Shown: in pieces, positions 38,512 through 51,138 of the stretch | Numbering within the stretch: the first letter of the stretch is position 1 | Layout: each line of letters begins with the position of its first letter | Source: Podarcis liolepis | Lineage: Eukaryota | DNA: 64,000 bases | Assembly: GCA_965112155.1 (NCBI GenBank) | Contig: OZ218109.1 | Reading direction: 5' to 3' (one strand) | The notes under the pieces: generated by a model | What the model saw: the letters and a program-made list of their open reading frames with translations, nothing else | Told to the model about the DNA's origin: nothing | Database searches by the model: none | Made by a program: the position numbers and the translations under genes

Positions 38512-38647
38512 AATAATAATGTTACTATTTATACCTTGCCCATCTGACTGAGTTGCCCCAGCCACTCTGGGTGGCTTCCAACACATATAAAAACACAATA
38601 AAACATTAAACATTTTTTAATATAAAAAAAACCTTCCCTATACAGAT
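38512..38647 (-). mobile_element. L2 LINE 3' end
   Basis: gcccatctgactgagttgccccagccactctgggtggcttcc motif shared with other L2 ends. Confidence 0.8.
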
Positions 38648-38668
38648 GGCTTGGGGATCGGATAACTC

Positions 38669-38849
38669 CATACTTTCCAACATTTCTCCAATGAAAATAG
38701 GGACATCCTACCATAGCTTCCAGCATTACTCCGATTAAAATAGGGACATCCTAAGGAAAAGCAGGATATTTTGGGATCAAATTAGAAACTGGGACAGCTT
38801 CTGTAAATCTGGGACTATCCCTGGAAAATAGGGACACTTGGAGGGTCTG
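38669..38849. mobile_element. Decayed hAT element with aatagggac repeats
   Basis: Ends catactttccaa / ttggagggtctg. Repeated aaaatagggaca motifs, similar in style to 4475-5029. Confidence 0.55.
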
Positions 38850-38922
38850 AGTCTGCAGGGAAGGACTACCTTATCTTGTAATGTATGCACAGCACCCAGA
38901 AACAATGTAGGCACTTATAAAT

Positions 38923-38967
<45 letters not shown>

Positions 38968-39409
38968 CTATTCCTGGTAGACAAACCCAGAATGAGTTGT
39001 TTATCTTTTTGTTACTTTGGGGGATTTGTGCCACTTTTAAAATATATATATATTTAAAATGGTTTAAAAAATTACTATAATGAGCCCTATTCATTTGAGA
39101 CATGGTGGGATAACATTTAAATGAATGAAACATTTACATTAACAGCCATAATTACATACTTCTATACAAAAGCACCCCATGGTGCAATCAAGCTTGCAAA
39201 TATAATCACAGAAGCTAATGACCCACAAGCCTAAACTTATCTACTTTAGTCATCTGTGGCCTAAATGCTGTGGGGCAGGTAGGAAGAACTGTATTTTGCA
39301 AAACGTCTGTCACTGGTCAGAAGCAAACTTTTTTTTTACTTGACTTGGGTGGGCTGCTATTTGCAAGTCTGGGGTGAACTCTGTTGAAAAACCAAGTGGG
39401 TCGTGCCAT

Positions 39410-39845
39410 GAGAAACCCCATGGTGGATGAATGCTTTTTGCCCAGAAGTGGAAGGGAGAGGAAGTCCCAACCAAGGAAGAGTGGATAACCAAGATGATGG
39501 ACTATGCCGAAATGGCAAAGATGATCGTGAAGAGCAGACACCAAGATGATAATTTTTTTAGTAAAGAGCGAGAAAAATCTATACAGTATCTTAAAGATCA
39601 CTGTCGATATTTTAAAAGGTTAGCAGGATTGTTATAACACTTATAATGTAATAAGACTAAAGTTAAAAAAGGATACAAAATGAATTTGAAAAATGTAATT
39701 AGATGCAACAGAAACAATAGATAAATATCGGAAACCAGGGGACGGTGGGGGGAAGTCCAGGGATTCAAGTAATCTCAGATGCGCAAAAATTGAAAATGAT
39801 TTAAATGTATAAGAACAAAAAATGAAAATGAAATATTTTTTTAAA
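39410..39845 (+). mobile_element. L1/Tx1-like LINE 3' fragment
   Basis: ORF 39431..39637 (AQKWK.EEVPTKEEW..K...YAEMAKM) resembles non-mammalian L1 ORF2 C-terminus; A-rich tail. An older similar piece lies at about 37600-37930. Confidence 0.65.
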
Positions 39846-40454
39846 AAGAAACCCCACGGTACAGCTGTAACGGCATAGTGGGGCAGGTTAGCTGAAAATA
39901 ATGCCATTATATCTGGCAACCAATGCACCCCTTTGGTTTCAGATAGTATATGGGTAGATGAGTCTAAAATGCCCAGGACACAAATTCTCATGGCCCTGTA
40001 GCAGCTATGGTGGCTCATTTACCAGAAGTAATGTATTTAGCATTAACTCTAGAAGTGTATAATTGATTCTGATCAAACATAAGAAACACCTGCTGGATCA
40101 GGCCAATGGCCCGTCTAGTCCAGCATCCTGTTCTCACAGTGGCCAACAAGGATTTGTCTGTTCTATCCATTAAGGTCTGGAGGTAAGCAGATTGCAGGTC
40201 AGTAGGCAAGTTGGGAAACAGACAGGAGAGCAGTCAAGTAGACAGGCCATCAAAGCAGCCAGCAGATAAGTGGGAATGGATGGCTGGAAAGCAGCTCAGT
40301 CCGCACCTGAGTGACAGGTTGCTCAGACTGAAGAGCTTCTAATCCTAGAATTAGAAGGAGTATTAGGGTAATCTTGCCTTTATGGAGCTGGTAGCTGAAA
40401 TGTCACCATCTGGCCATTGGCAGTGGTGGTGTTTAAGTAGAGCAGAGAGCATAC

Positions 40455-40722
40455 CTGAAGGACCGTCTCCACCCCCCATTCAGTGCCTGGAGACTGAGGT
40501 CCACCTCCAAGGGTCTTCTGGTGGTTCCTTCACTGCGAGAAGCAAAGTTACAGGGAACCAGGCAGAGGCCCTTCTTGGCACTGGCGCCCTCCCCATAGAA
40601 CGCCCTCCCATCAGAACGTCAAGCAGAACTACACAACTTTTAGAAGACATCTGAAGGCAGTCCTGTATATACGTGCTGGAAGCCACCCAGAGTACCTGGG
40701 GAAACCCAGCTAGATGGCTGGG

Positions 40723-40771
<49 letters not shown>
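40455..40771 (+). mobile_element. L2 LINE 3' fragment with (TTA)n tail
   Basis: Matches the long L2 copy (gaagcaaagttacagggaaccaggcagaggcc). Confidence 0.85.
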
Positions 40772-42246
40772 CAGCAGGTGCTCCCTCCAATGAGAAGCTA
40801 CCACAATGGCACAGAGATTATGTCCTGAGGACCAGAGATCCCAGTTTGAGATCCTTAGATATTTACATAGCCTATTTTAAACCCCTATAGCGTACAATTG
40901 AACAGGTCAATTATAAGCTCAGTATAAAGCACCATGTAAGTTTAATATTGCTGTCTGGTGGGCTTTCCCCTCCCTCCCTGCAAATTGGGATCAATCCAGC
41001 GAAAACCAAGACTGCTGAATAAAAAAAACCCTGTTGATAAAACCTTTCCATTTCAGTTTCATTTGTTTTCAACTCATTTTCTTTTCTTTCATTCTATCAT
41101 GTCTTATCTCCCTAGTTCCCTTCCCTGGGTTTCACAGTCTATAGGAAAGCACAGCCGTAATCTCAAGCAAAATGAAAATAAGGGGGAAAGAAATTCAACA
41201 GGAGAAAATGAATGGCCAGCAGCCCCACTCCAGAGTCCACTGAAAGACATTTGGCAGATCTTTCTGGTTCATTAAATAAAGCAAAGATAGAGAAATGGTC
41301 TGCATTCTGTGAAGTGTGTTGTTTCTCATACTGGGCAGTCACTAGGATGCTAGGAATACCTCCTGAAGATAAGCTTCTTGTTAGAGGAGACTGACATCTT
41401 AAGGAAAACTAAGCCGAAAATACGAAGCATTGCTACTGCCCGACAACCACTGAAGATAGAAGCCAAGAGCAATCACAGGCACAATTTGAAAAATATGGCA
41501 TGAGCATATTGGAAGATTCATTAGAAAATGTTTGACTGTTGGCAACAAGCTAAGAAAACGCTTGATTTGTGAACAGATATTAAAGAGAAAGAAACTATTT
41601 GGAGGGTGGGAATGCCTTTCTTCAATGGTCAACATTTGTCCCTAAACATGTTGCTCTGCAATGTTATGCCTGCGGAAGCCAAACTGTTAAAATCCAATGC
41701 ATTTTGCAGCATATTGTTCCCTGTACGTTTTAAGTATTTCTTCTCTGCAGATTCCTGCTAAGAAAGGTGAAACAGGGCAGTGCATGATAATGAAATCAGC
41801 ATGGACCTAGTTTGCTCTAGCAGCAGTCCTATTCCAGATACGTGCAAGGCCACCTGGACTTGCATTTACATTAAAATTTGTTTTTTGAAACCTATTATCA
41901 GGCAGCTGCCTCACCATGAACCCTGTCACTTTGGGCATGTACACACTGGGCTCTCTCCTGTCTAAATAGCAACACTTCAATAGTGTATGGGATTTGGGAG
42001 CAAAAGAAAAACACGAAGGAGAAGACTGAGAATATGTAAAAAACACAGTATGTATAATGCTTCAGGCTTCTACGAAGGAAGGATCCTGGCCAATGGTCAG
42101 CAATGATGGGAGCTGTCATCCAAAACACCTGGAGAGAACCAGGTCGGCAAAGGTTGCTCTACACACCAACATTACCTACCCTCCATTAATAGAAAACTCC
42201 ACCTAACCCTGCATATACCTCCCCAGGAGGGCTGTCAATGATTACA

Positions 42247-42571
42247 CCATATTTTTTGCTCTGTAAGACGCACCCGACCATAAGACGCAACTAGTTTTTA
42301 GAGGAGGAAAACAAGAAAAGCCAGCAAGAGCCGCAGACACGCGCACCCTATCTTTAAAGATAGAGTGGCTCTTGCTGGCTTTTCCAGGAGGTGGGAGAAG
42401 GGACTGATGAGCTGCCCTCCATCCCTTCTCCCACAAGCTGTGCAGCTCTCCCTCTTGCTGTGCTGGCTTCAGTGATAGCTGCATAGCCTGCATTCGCTCC
42501 ATAAGACGCACACACTTCCCCCCTTACTTTTTAGGAGGAAAAAAGTACGTCTTATGGAGCGAAAAATACGG
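42247..42571. mobile_element. Tc2/pogo-like MITE
   Basis: TIRs cc(a/g)tattttttgctctgtaagacg / cgtcttatggagcgaaaaatacgg; internal ataagacgca repeats. Confidence 0.75.
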
Positions 42572-43032
42572 TACCTATTGTGATGTTGCAGACTCTGCCA
42601 AATTAAATTCACAAGAGCAAAGACACTGCTACCCACAAACACATGGTCCCAATTCCAAGGCCCCCCCCACCCCACCCTTAGCATAGTGGGGTCCCTGCTT
42701 TCACATCCCAGCACTCCCGTTGGCCGTTGTCACACAACAAACCTTTTGTTTTGCCCACCCATCAGCAAATGATGAGTGCCTGCAGCACTCCTACCACCAG
42801 CTGCTTCACATCACAACTTGCAGCCACAGCTGCTGAGCTGCGCATGAGCACTGGCCTGTTGCAGCTGAGGAGCAGGAGGAGGAAGCAGCCACTTGGGCAG
42901 CTGCTACGACTACACATAGTCCTCCCTGTTCTGCTTATTGCTGCTGTGTCTTCATCGTGCCTGTCTGCAACTCTTCACATGCAGAGAACATCACAAAGCC
43001 ACAGGGAAGCGAGCCAGCTTCCCATAGGAGTT

Positions 43033-43330
43033 AACATAAGAGAAATAAGAACATAAAAGAGCCTGCTGGATCAGGCCAATGGCCCATCTAGACTAACATC
43101 TTGTTCTCACAGTGGCCAACCAGATGCCTGTAGGAATCTCCCCCACTGTGGTTTCCAGCAACTGGTATTCAGAAGCATTACTGGTTCTGGCCATGGGGGG
43201 TAAGAGAATAGTCAATATGGCTAACAGCCATTGCCAGCCTTACCCTCCCTGAATTTGTCCAGTCGTCTTTTAAAACCATCCAAGTTGGGAACCATCATAG
43301 CTTCCTAATGAGACCGGGTACCATTGTTTA
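43033..43330 (-). mobile_element. Old CR1-type LINE 3' end (second piece at about 40076-40150)
   Basis: acataaga tail plus ctgctggatcaggccaatggcccatctag, shared between the two copies. Confidence 0.65.
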
Positions 43331-43539
43331 ACTATGTGCTGCCCAAAGAGTTGGTTGCACTTCTGCAGCTCCTGTTCAATCTCTCCAGCATCAGCAACAA
43401 ACCCTGTTTATCAAGGTTGGAAAACTGTGCATGCTTTGCTGTAGTGTAACAGGAGTGGAATGTAGCAGTCAAATCATGGAGAGGGCAGCAGGGGGTGCCT
43501 GCTTTCCTGGATTTGTGGGTGTGCATTGCTCTCTCTAGA

Positions 43540-43894
43540 GGGACGTGGGTGGCACTGTGGGTTAAACCACAGAGCCTAGGACGTGCCGATCAGAAGGTTG
43601 GCGGTTCGAATCCCCGCGACGGGGTGAGCTCCCGTTGCTCGGTCCCTGCTCCTGCCAACCTAGCAGTTCGAAAGCACCTCAAAGTGCAAGTAGGTAAATA
43701 GGTACTGCTCCAGCAGGAAGGTGAACGGTGTTTCCATGTGCTGCTCTGGTTCACCAGAAGCAGCTTAGTCATGCTGGCCACATGACCCGGAAGCTGTACG
43801 CTGGCTCCCTTGGCCAATAAAGTGAGATGAGCGCAGCAACCCCAGAGTCGGTCACAACTGGACCTAATGGTCAGGGGTCCCTTTACCTTTACCT
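43540..43894 (+). mobile_element. Sauria SINE, full length
   Basis: Head, B box and ACCTTT tail; TSD ttgctc(tc)tctag. Confidence 0.92.
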
Positions 43895-44595
43895 GTTGCT
43901 CTCTAGTCTACTGAATGCCCCATTACATTTTTATCTTGGGTCTCCTGGTCTGGAACTTTAAGCACTACACCATGTGGAGTAGTGGGGGTAGGAGGCAGCC
44001 CCCCTTTTTTGCTTGCAATATACTGAATAGGTGGTGGTGGTGGGATATTCTACAGGTACCTCCTTGATGACAAAAGTGGGGCTACTCCCCAAATGAAGTT
44101 GCAAAAGGGAAATTAAGCCAGATCTTGTGATGAGGATACTCAAAATTCATACTGCATACTTCACAGTTATAAAGTATTAATGTTACACTTAAAGAGGGGG
44201 AATGTAAGCCTGGGTCCTAAAATTACCTAGATGCACTGCTGCTCAAAAGCTTGCAGGCATCTTAATAACTTCAGATTATTCTTCCTTTGACTACAACAAT
44301 ATATTTCAATTTTTATTTTTATTTTCAGGTAATTTCACATTGACTTCTCTGCACAACCGTCACAGAACTTGCGCGCATTGCAGCGGATTATGGGGAGTAA
44401 TTTATTGCTTATAAAAGGTGCACTGTTCAGGCCTGAGCAGTCTGAACTGAATCACATGTTTCTCCTCCTCTGCAGCTGTGCATTGCATGGGACAATCAAT
44501 GGTAGAGAGGGGACATGCCAAGACTGACCTTCTCATTGACAAATCCCTTGATAAACTTCTAAGGAATCCCGGTAGATGAAACTACTGGTCTAGAA

Positions 44596-44731
44596 CAGGC
44601 ATAGGCAAACTCGGCCCTCCAGATGTTTTGGGACTACAACTCCCATCATCCCTGACCACTGGTCCTGTTAACTAGGGATGATGGGAGCTGAAGTCCCAAA
44701 ACATTTGGAGGGCCTAGTTTGAGGAAACCTG
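44596..44731. mobile_element. Palindromic hAT MITE 50 nt from the exon 6 donor
   Basis: Hairpin core and a perfect 8-bp TSD gtctagaa. Confidence 0.9.
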
Positions 44732-44781
44732 GTCTAGAACAATAAGTGAGCACTCATACGAAGATGAAATGGATTCCTTAC

Positions 44782-45235
44782 CGTCTACTGGAGTTAGAGG
44801 GGCCTTTGTATTGCTCTGGACAGAACCAGGCACCAGTCCAGATCCAGGCCTCCTTATGAATGGTGGCCTCATCTCAATATCTCCTGGTTTCTCTTTCAAC
44901 ATTGTTCCATCAAGATGGTCAGCCTGAGGAAGCTTGAGCCGATTGGTATAGGGAGGAGACACTTTAGTCCTACTAACAGGAGAGCTCCCGTCAAGATTTT
45001 TTGCCGCAACTTTCTGAGAGATATATGCATTTAATGCCGCCAACAGAGCTTTTCTGTCAAATCCGTCATTTGGCTTTAGTGGGAATTTATCTCTCTGTGG
45101 TTGGCTGAAGGTTCTCACTGGGATGTTCTCAGTATATTTTGAATGGGCTGCTGCTGAATGGGTTAAAGCAGGAGCTTTTCCTTTGGAGTTCTGCACCATG
45201 TAGTTGATGATGGTGTCAGGTGGAACGTTATCAAC
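44782..45235 (-). CDS. PTPRN2: PTPRN2 coding exon (exon 6 equivalent): VDNVPPDTIINYMVQ...FDRKALLAALNAYISQK...PLTPVD
   Basis: Acceptor tttccttctag, donor gtaagg. 454 nt, phase 0 to 1. FDRKALLAALNAY resembles human VDRHHLMAALSAY. Confidence 0.92.
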
Positions 45236-46200
45236 CTAGAAGGAAAGGGAAAGTTGTATTAGAATCGGTCTTATGCCAACCCCTTCTAATTAGCCAACAT
45301 GGGAACTCCATAAGAATACATAATGGTGTGTTTCCTGCTTTAACTTCATGTTTAAGCAGGGTGGGAGGTAGCCCACATTCCCTATGCAAATCAGGGCTGG
45401 ATTCTGAATCATATATCAATTATGATGCACATTTACCTAGGTCTGTTTATTTTGTGCTGCTGCAAAGGGACACTTTGTTTATCTGTTTCTCCCTTATATA
45501 AGTTGCTATGATAGCATGGAAACCCTAGCATTGGAGGACCAATAATTTATCAACCCATGCTTCCGTTTCTGAGGTACACAGGGCATTTTCTGTATACCTC
45601 AAAACTGATATTTCTATTCACAAGAGCAGGATACTTGCCTTTAAAATATAATGAAACATGATTCTTAGATCTTTTATAAAGAGACAGGCTGTGCGCAAAC
45701 GCACGTTTACATGCTATGCCTTAAACTCCCACTGCTGGATTGGGAAGCTGATGATTATTTGTTCCATTTATTTAACCCAAAACTACTTAGTTGTAATAAA
45801 ACCCTTAAGCAGTTTACAAGAAATATTAAAATTATCATTTAAAACAGTTCGAAACAATTAAGTATTAAAAAAATAATTTTTATTAACAATAACAAAGATA
45901 ATATCTCATCAATGCCCACTCATCCTGATAAGCTTGCCTAAACAAAAATGATTTAAGCAGGTGCCGAGAAGAGAGACTCCTTGATGTAAATAGATAGGGA
46001 GTTCCAAAAATACAGGTGCTGCCGCACCAAAAGATCCATTTCTCACAACTGCGGGGTATTATCCAGCACCTGTAGCAGAACCAGTTCTGCAGATCGGAGC
46101 ATTCAAGTGAGCAAACACGGGATAGGGAGATCCAACAAGTACACACAACATTTAGTTGTCCAGTTGAAGCTGTTTCTGGGGTGTGGACACTGTCACATGC

Positions 46201-46562
46201 TGCCAGGGACTGGACAGAGGAGGAATGGTGGCGACCGCCTCCTCCCCAGCCTGAACCTTGCAGAGAAGAGGAAGACAGTATAGATTTACAACAGTGGTTT
46301 GCGGGAGGTCACAGCTCAGAGGCAGATGAGGGGCAAAGTTGGGAGATAATGGGAGACACGTCATCACTAGAAAGCATTCCAGACACCCCTTCCCCCAGAA
46401 CGCGATGAGCATTGGAAGTAGGAGAGCAAAGAGCTCGAAGACAAATGGCCCTAAGCAGCCACCATAAGGTGGGTGGGGCTGCTGACAACTGAGGAGAGAA
46501 GGGGGTGTGCCTGGAGATTACTCAGAGCAACGCCATTACTCCAAGAGGCTGCAATAAAAGAC

Positions 46563-46609
<47 letters not shown>

Positions 46610-47532
46610 TTATTTGTACCCCGCCCATCTGGCTGGGTTTCCCCAGCCACTCTGGGCGGCTTCCAAAAATACAGTAAAATATCACAGATTAAAAACTTTC
46701 CTGAACAGGGCTGCCTTAAGATGTCTTCTGAATGTCAGGTAGTTATTTATCGCTTTGACATCTGATGGGAGGGCGTTCCACAGGGCGGGCGCCACTACCG
46801 AGAAGGCCCTCTGCCTGGTTCCCTGTAGCTTTGCTTCTTGCAATGAGGGAACTGCCAGAAGGCCCTCGGCGCTGGACCTCAGCGTCCGGGCAGAACGATG
46901 GGGGTGGAGACCCTCCTTCAGGTATACTGGGCCGAGGCCGTTTAGGGCTTTAAAGGTCAACACCAGCACTTTGAATTGTGCTCGGAAACGTACTGGGAGC
47001 CAATGTAGGTCTTTCAAGACTGGTGTTATGTGGTCTCGGCGGCCGCCCCCAGTCACCAGTCTAGCTGCCGCATTCTGGATTAGTTGTAGTTTCCGAGACA
47101 CCTTCAAAGGTAGCCCCAGGTAGAGCGCATTGCATTAGTCCAAGCGGGAGATAACCAGAGCATGCACCACTCTGGCGAGACAGTCCGCGGGCAGTTAGGG
47201 TCTCAGCCTGCATACCAGGTGGAGTTGGTAGACAGCTGCCCTTGATACAGAATTGACCTGCGCCTCCATGGACAGCTGTGAGTCCAAAATGACTCCCAGG
47301 CTGCGCACCTGGTCCTTCAGGGGCACAGTTACCCTATTCAGGACCAGGGAGTCCTCCACACCAGCCCGCCCCCTGTCCCCCAAAAACAGTACTTCTGTCT
47401 TGTCAGGATTCAACTTCAATCCATTAGCCGCCATCCATCCTCCAACCGCCTCCAGGCACATTGGTAAGAACTTGTCTATTCCTGGCAGTCTACCATGTGG
47501 GGGGGGGGGGTCGGATTCCCTGATGCCTGACA
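46201..47532 (+). mobile_element. Solo LTR split by an L2 insertion
   Basis: Starts tgccagggactgg, ends cctgaca. Perfect 5-bp TSD catgc (46196-46200 / 47533-47537). AATAAA just before the L2 insert. Confidence 0.8.
46564..47458 (-). mobile_element. L2 LINE 3' fragment (~0.9 kb), apparently young
   Basis: ORFs give WMAANGLKLNPDKTE, RSLGVILDSQLSM and LQLIQNAAARLV..HITPVLKDLHWLPV, all L2 ORF2 motifs. (TAA)n tail. Confidence 0.95.
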
Positions 47533-49494
47533 CATGCTGGCAGCTTCTAGGAGACTTCACCCCCAGAGGTGCACTCCATTGTCTCTTGAGACAGATGGAT
47601 GCCAACAATAAGACAACATTAGTTACAATCTACCTTGCAATTTGAGAAATGCTAAATTTTGATGAATTCCCCCCACCCCCCAAAAAACCCCAGCTTCAAT
47701 TTAATAAGCCTTATGGAGACATCTGCGCCCCCTTCCCTGCCCACTGGTATGGAGAGACAGCAGGTGACTTGGAAACACACCCGATCTTGATGTGTTTGAT
47801 CAGACCTACAATGACGTGCAAATGCAATTTGAAACACAGTGGGCGGAAATGACCTTGCTGCATTTTAAGCCGATAATGTGTACACAGCCACACTTGCAGA
47901 GGAATCGAGCGCCCGTGGGATGCCACGAAAGTGAACAGGAGGAAGACTGGTCCTCAGCTCGGTTGCACAGCTCAGTTATGCAGTGCAATGCTTCCTGATG
48001 AAATCGAAAAGCACCCATACCGACTCGGAATCCTAATATCAGCGACATTTGTTCCCCTGCGCCAGTGCTAGGAACCTTATGCCAAAGAATATTTCTACTG
48101 CCTTATTATACTGAGCAAGTTCCTGGGGAATTGGCATTCATGCAAAGCATCCTGTGAGCTATTATTATGATAATGATAAACCATAAATGGCTTAAGATAA
48201 TAACCTATTCTTCTCAAGCCCTTTAAGATTCATAACTCCTTTATCTGTATCCACAATTGTTGTTCAACAATTGGATGTTACTGTACGTCCATAAAATAAG
48301 GGAGAAATAAACTGAATTGCAAGGTGCTACTTATGCTGTACATTGAATTTGAGCAAAGTGATGTGGAAATCGCAAAGACAAAGAGGCATTCATATGTTGC
48401 TGGTTTTTTTACAAATGCAAAATAGTTCTTGAAGTCTAAAGAACAGAGGTCGCCCAAGGAGCAACACAGAGAGTTGCACATACACAACTAAAGATTTCCC
48501 TCCCAGGCCCATGAAACTCCATGCTCCCCCACCTAGGCTCCTGAAAGTCAGAGACCCTCTATAATGCCTGGCTGTGGGGAAAGGAAAATCACTGTCCTCT
48601 CTACCTGTAAGCAGTCTTTGGACGTCAACACTGTACTCTGAAAACACAACCAAATTCAAACAGCCAACAAAAGTAATGAAGACCCTTTCCTTTATACAAA
48701 CCTTACGAGACAGTTTGCAAAAAGGTTGACCCGGATAATCAAAGGTGGCTTTTTTTTAAAAAAAAACCTCACACAGCTACTCGAAAAGTGCCTGAACACT
48801 CAAATATTGAAGAGGATTTGCGATTTCCCTGAGTCTCCTGTAAACAAACAAGCCCATCAAGATGAAGAACACAGACACTTCAAGCAGCCTTATACAAATT
48901 GGGTACAAGTGTCAATCGCAGGCTAAGCTGGTATCAGGAGAGGACCAGCAGTCTCTCAGCAGCTTGACAGGTCACAACACTGGCAGACCGGGATGCTCTT
49001 TGGAAATTCCTAATTAAAAATATGGCATCAACAGCAAGTAAGCCTATTTTGAAAGCACCCTCATTTCTGACAACAAATGTAAAGTCAAAGAGAGAGAAAA
49101 AGACTAGAGCCACATACAGCCTGAAGTTCCAGTATTAACGTTAAAACCATCTTTGACCGTGATTCACTATGGATGTAGACCTGCATTGCCCTGTTTTTGG
49201 CATCTTTGTGATGAATTGTCTCTGTACTTTCCATTGGAAAACAAGAGAGGAAAGTTAATTCTATGTTATACTGGAAGTGCCGGGATGGATTGCACTGGAT
49301 TGTATCCCTTGACGAAAGCTTGCCAGGTCTGATTTTAGTAAAGAACTTTAGACCAGGAGATAAAATCTAACGCAGTCCTTCTTGGTACTTCTCACCCTTG
49401 TTTCATAGCAAGCTTCTACAATCGTCAGGTGGGGGAGAAATTCCTAGCAATAAATGGAACGCAATAGGTCAGGATATGTATGCACAACAGAAAG

Positions 49495-49903
49495 GTTGTT
49501 GTTGTTGTTTAGTCGTGTCCGACTCTTCATGACCCCATAGACCAGAGCACGCCAGGCACTCCTGTCTTCCACTGCCTCCCACAGTTTGGTCAAACTCATG
49601 CTGGTAGCTTCGAGAACACTATCCAACCATCTCGTCCTCTGTCATCCCCTTCTCCTTGTGCCCTCCATCTTTCCCAACATCAGGGTCTTTTCCAGGGAGT
49701 CTTCTCTTCTCATAAGGTGGCCAAAGTATTGGAGCCTCAGCTTCATGATCTGTCCTTCCAGTGAGCACTCAGGGCTGATTTCCTTAAGAATGGATAGGTT
49801 TGATCTTCTTGCAGTCCATGGGACTCTCAAGAGTCTCCTCCAGCACCATAATTCAAAAGCATCAATTCTTCGGCGATCAGCCTTCTTTATGGTCCAGCTC
49901 TCA
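49495..49903 (-). mobile_element. BovB LINE 3' fragment
   Basis: ORFs 49642..49830 and 49444..49626; (CAA)n tail. Confidence 0.93.
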
Positions 49904-51000
49904 GTACAAACTGAAAACCCAGTTAAGACTTAGCACAGGTAAATAATGTAGTGGCAGAATTATGTGATCTTAGAAAAGAGCAATCCCAAGTCACACAACT
50001 ACTATATTAAATAGCACCAGGATAATTTATTCCATTTTCTGTGAAGAGGAGGATGAGGGAGACCCACTCCATGGAACTTAGCTCTTCCTAATGTATGTTT
50101 TTAATCAAAGAATTAAGTTCGTTTGTGCTACCGCCATTTTATCTAGTCTTTTTATTCTTGCCGAGTACCTCTGGACACTACTAACCTGCCTCATTTAAAA
50201 GTAAAATGAGTTTCACAGGGTAATCCCACAGCAGAATATCTTATTTATTTATTTTTGCAAATCTAATTGCTATTAATGACAGGGATTTGTAAATTCACTT
50301 TGCTGGCAAAATTAGCTGTATGGCACAGGAAATAGCTAGCAAGGGATAAGAGGGCAAAGAAAGAGAGAGCTGGAGGGGGCAGGCTGGGAAAAGCAACAAC
50401 ATGAACATGCATCAAATGAGGTTTGATATTTGAGCCAGAGAGTAATTACATCTGACAACAGTTGGAAAAATGCGGAATAGGCTTTATCACATTGGAACTA
50501 CTCCATATGTGACTTGCGACTGCAAGCTATACTTGCCTGTTAAATAGTCATGACTTTGCTCAAATACAATTGATTTCAATGGGAACTAAGTGTGCCTAAA
50601 TGGGTAGCTACCCTGGGGCTGCTTAGCTAGGTAGAGCCACCATCTAATCCAAATATCTTCTGGCTCTTGCCACTAAGGATCGGAGCGCAATTTCTCCTCC
50701 TCCTCCTCCTTCTTCCTGTACCAGCTCCAGGCTGGCACAGCAGAAGGGCCTGAACAAGCCCCCTCAACAACAAATGACCCAGCTTAGGATCCAGGAGATC
50801 CTTGGCTCTCCTTGCTCTGCCCCTGAAAAATCCCATTTTGGAACCCTGTGCTTGCTACAGTGGGAATGCCACTGCCAATAGCTCCATAGCAGCTTCTGCA
50901 ACAGTGGAACCACCTGCTAGCGGAGTCTGGTGAAGGGACACCTCTGCCATATGCCATCGCCCGCTCCTTGAGCAATTAGGGAGTTAAGATTGCTCCAGAC

Positions 51001-51138
51001 CAGGCAATGGGCAAACTCAGCCCTCCAGATGTTTTGGGACTACAACTCCCATCATCCCTAGCTAACAGGACCAGCGGTCAGGGATGATGGGAATTGTAGT
51101 CCCAAAAACATCTGGAGGGCCGAGTTTGCTCATGCCTG
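51001..51138. mobile_element. Palindromic hAT MITE
   Basis: Hairpin core and a perfect 8-bp TSD ctccagac. Confidence 0.9.
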
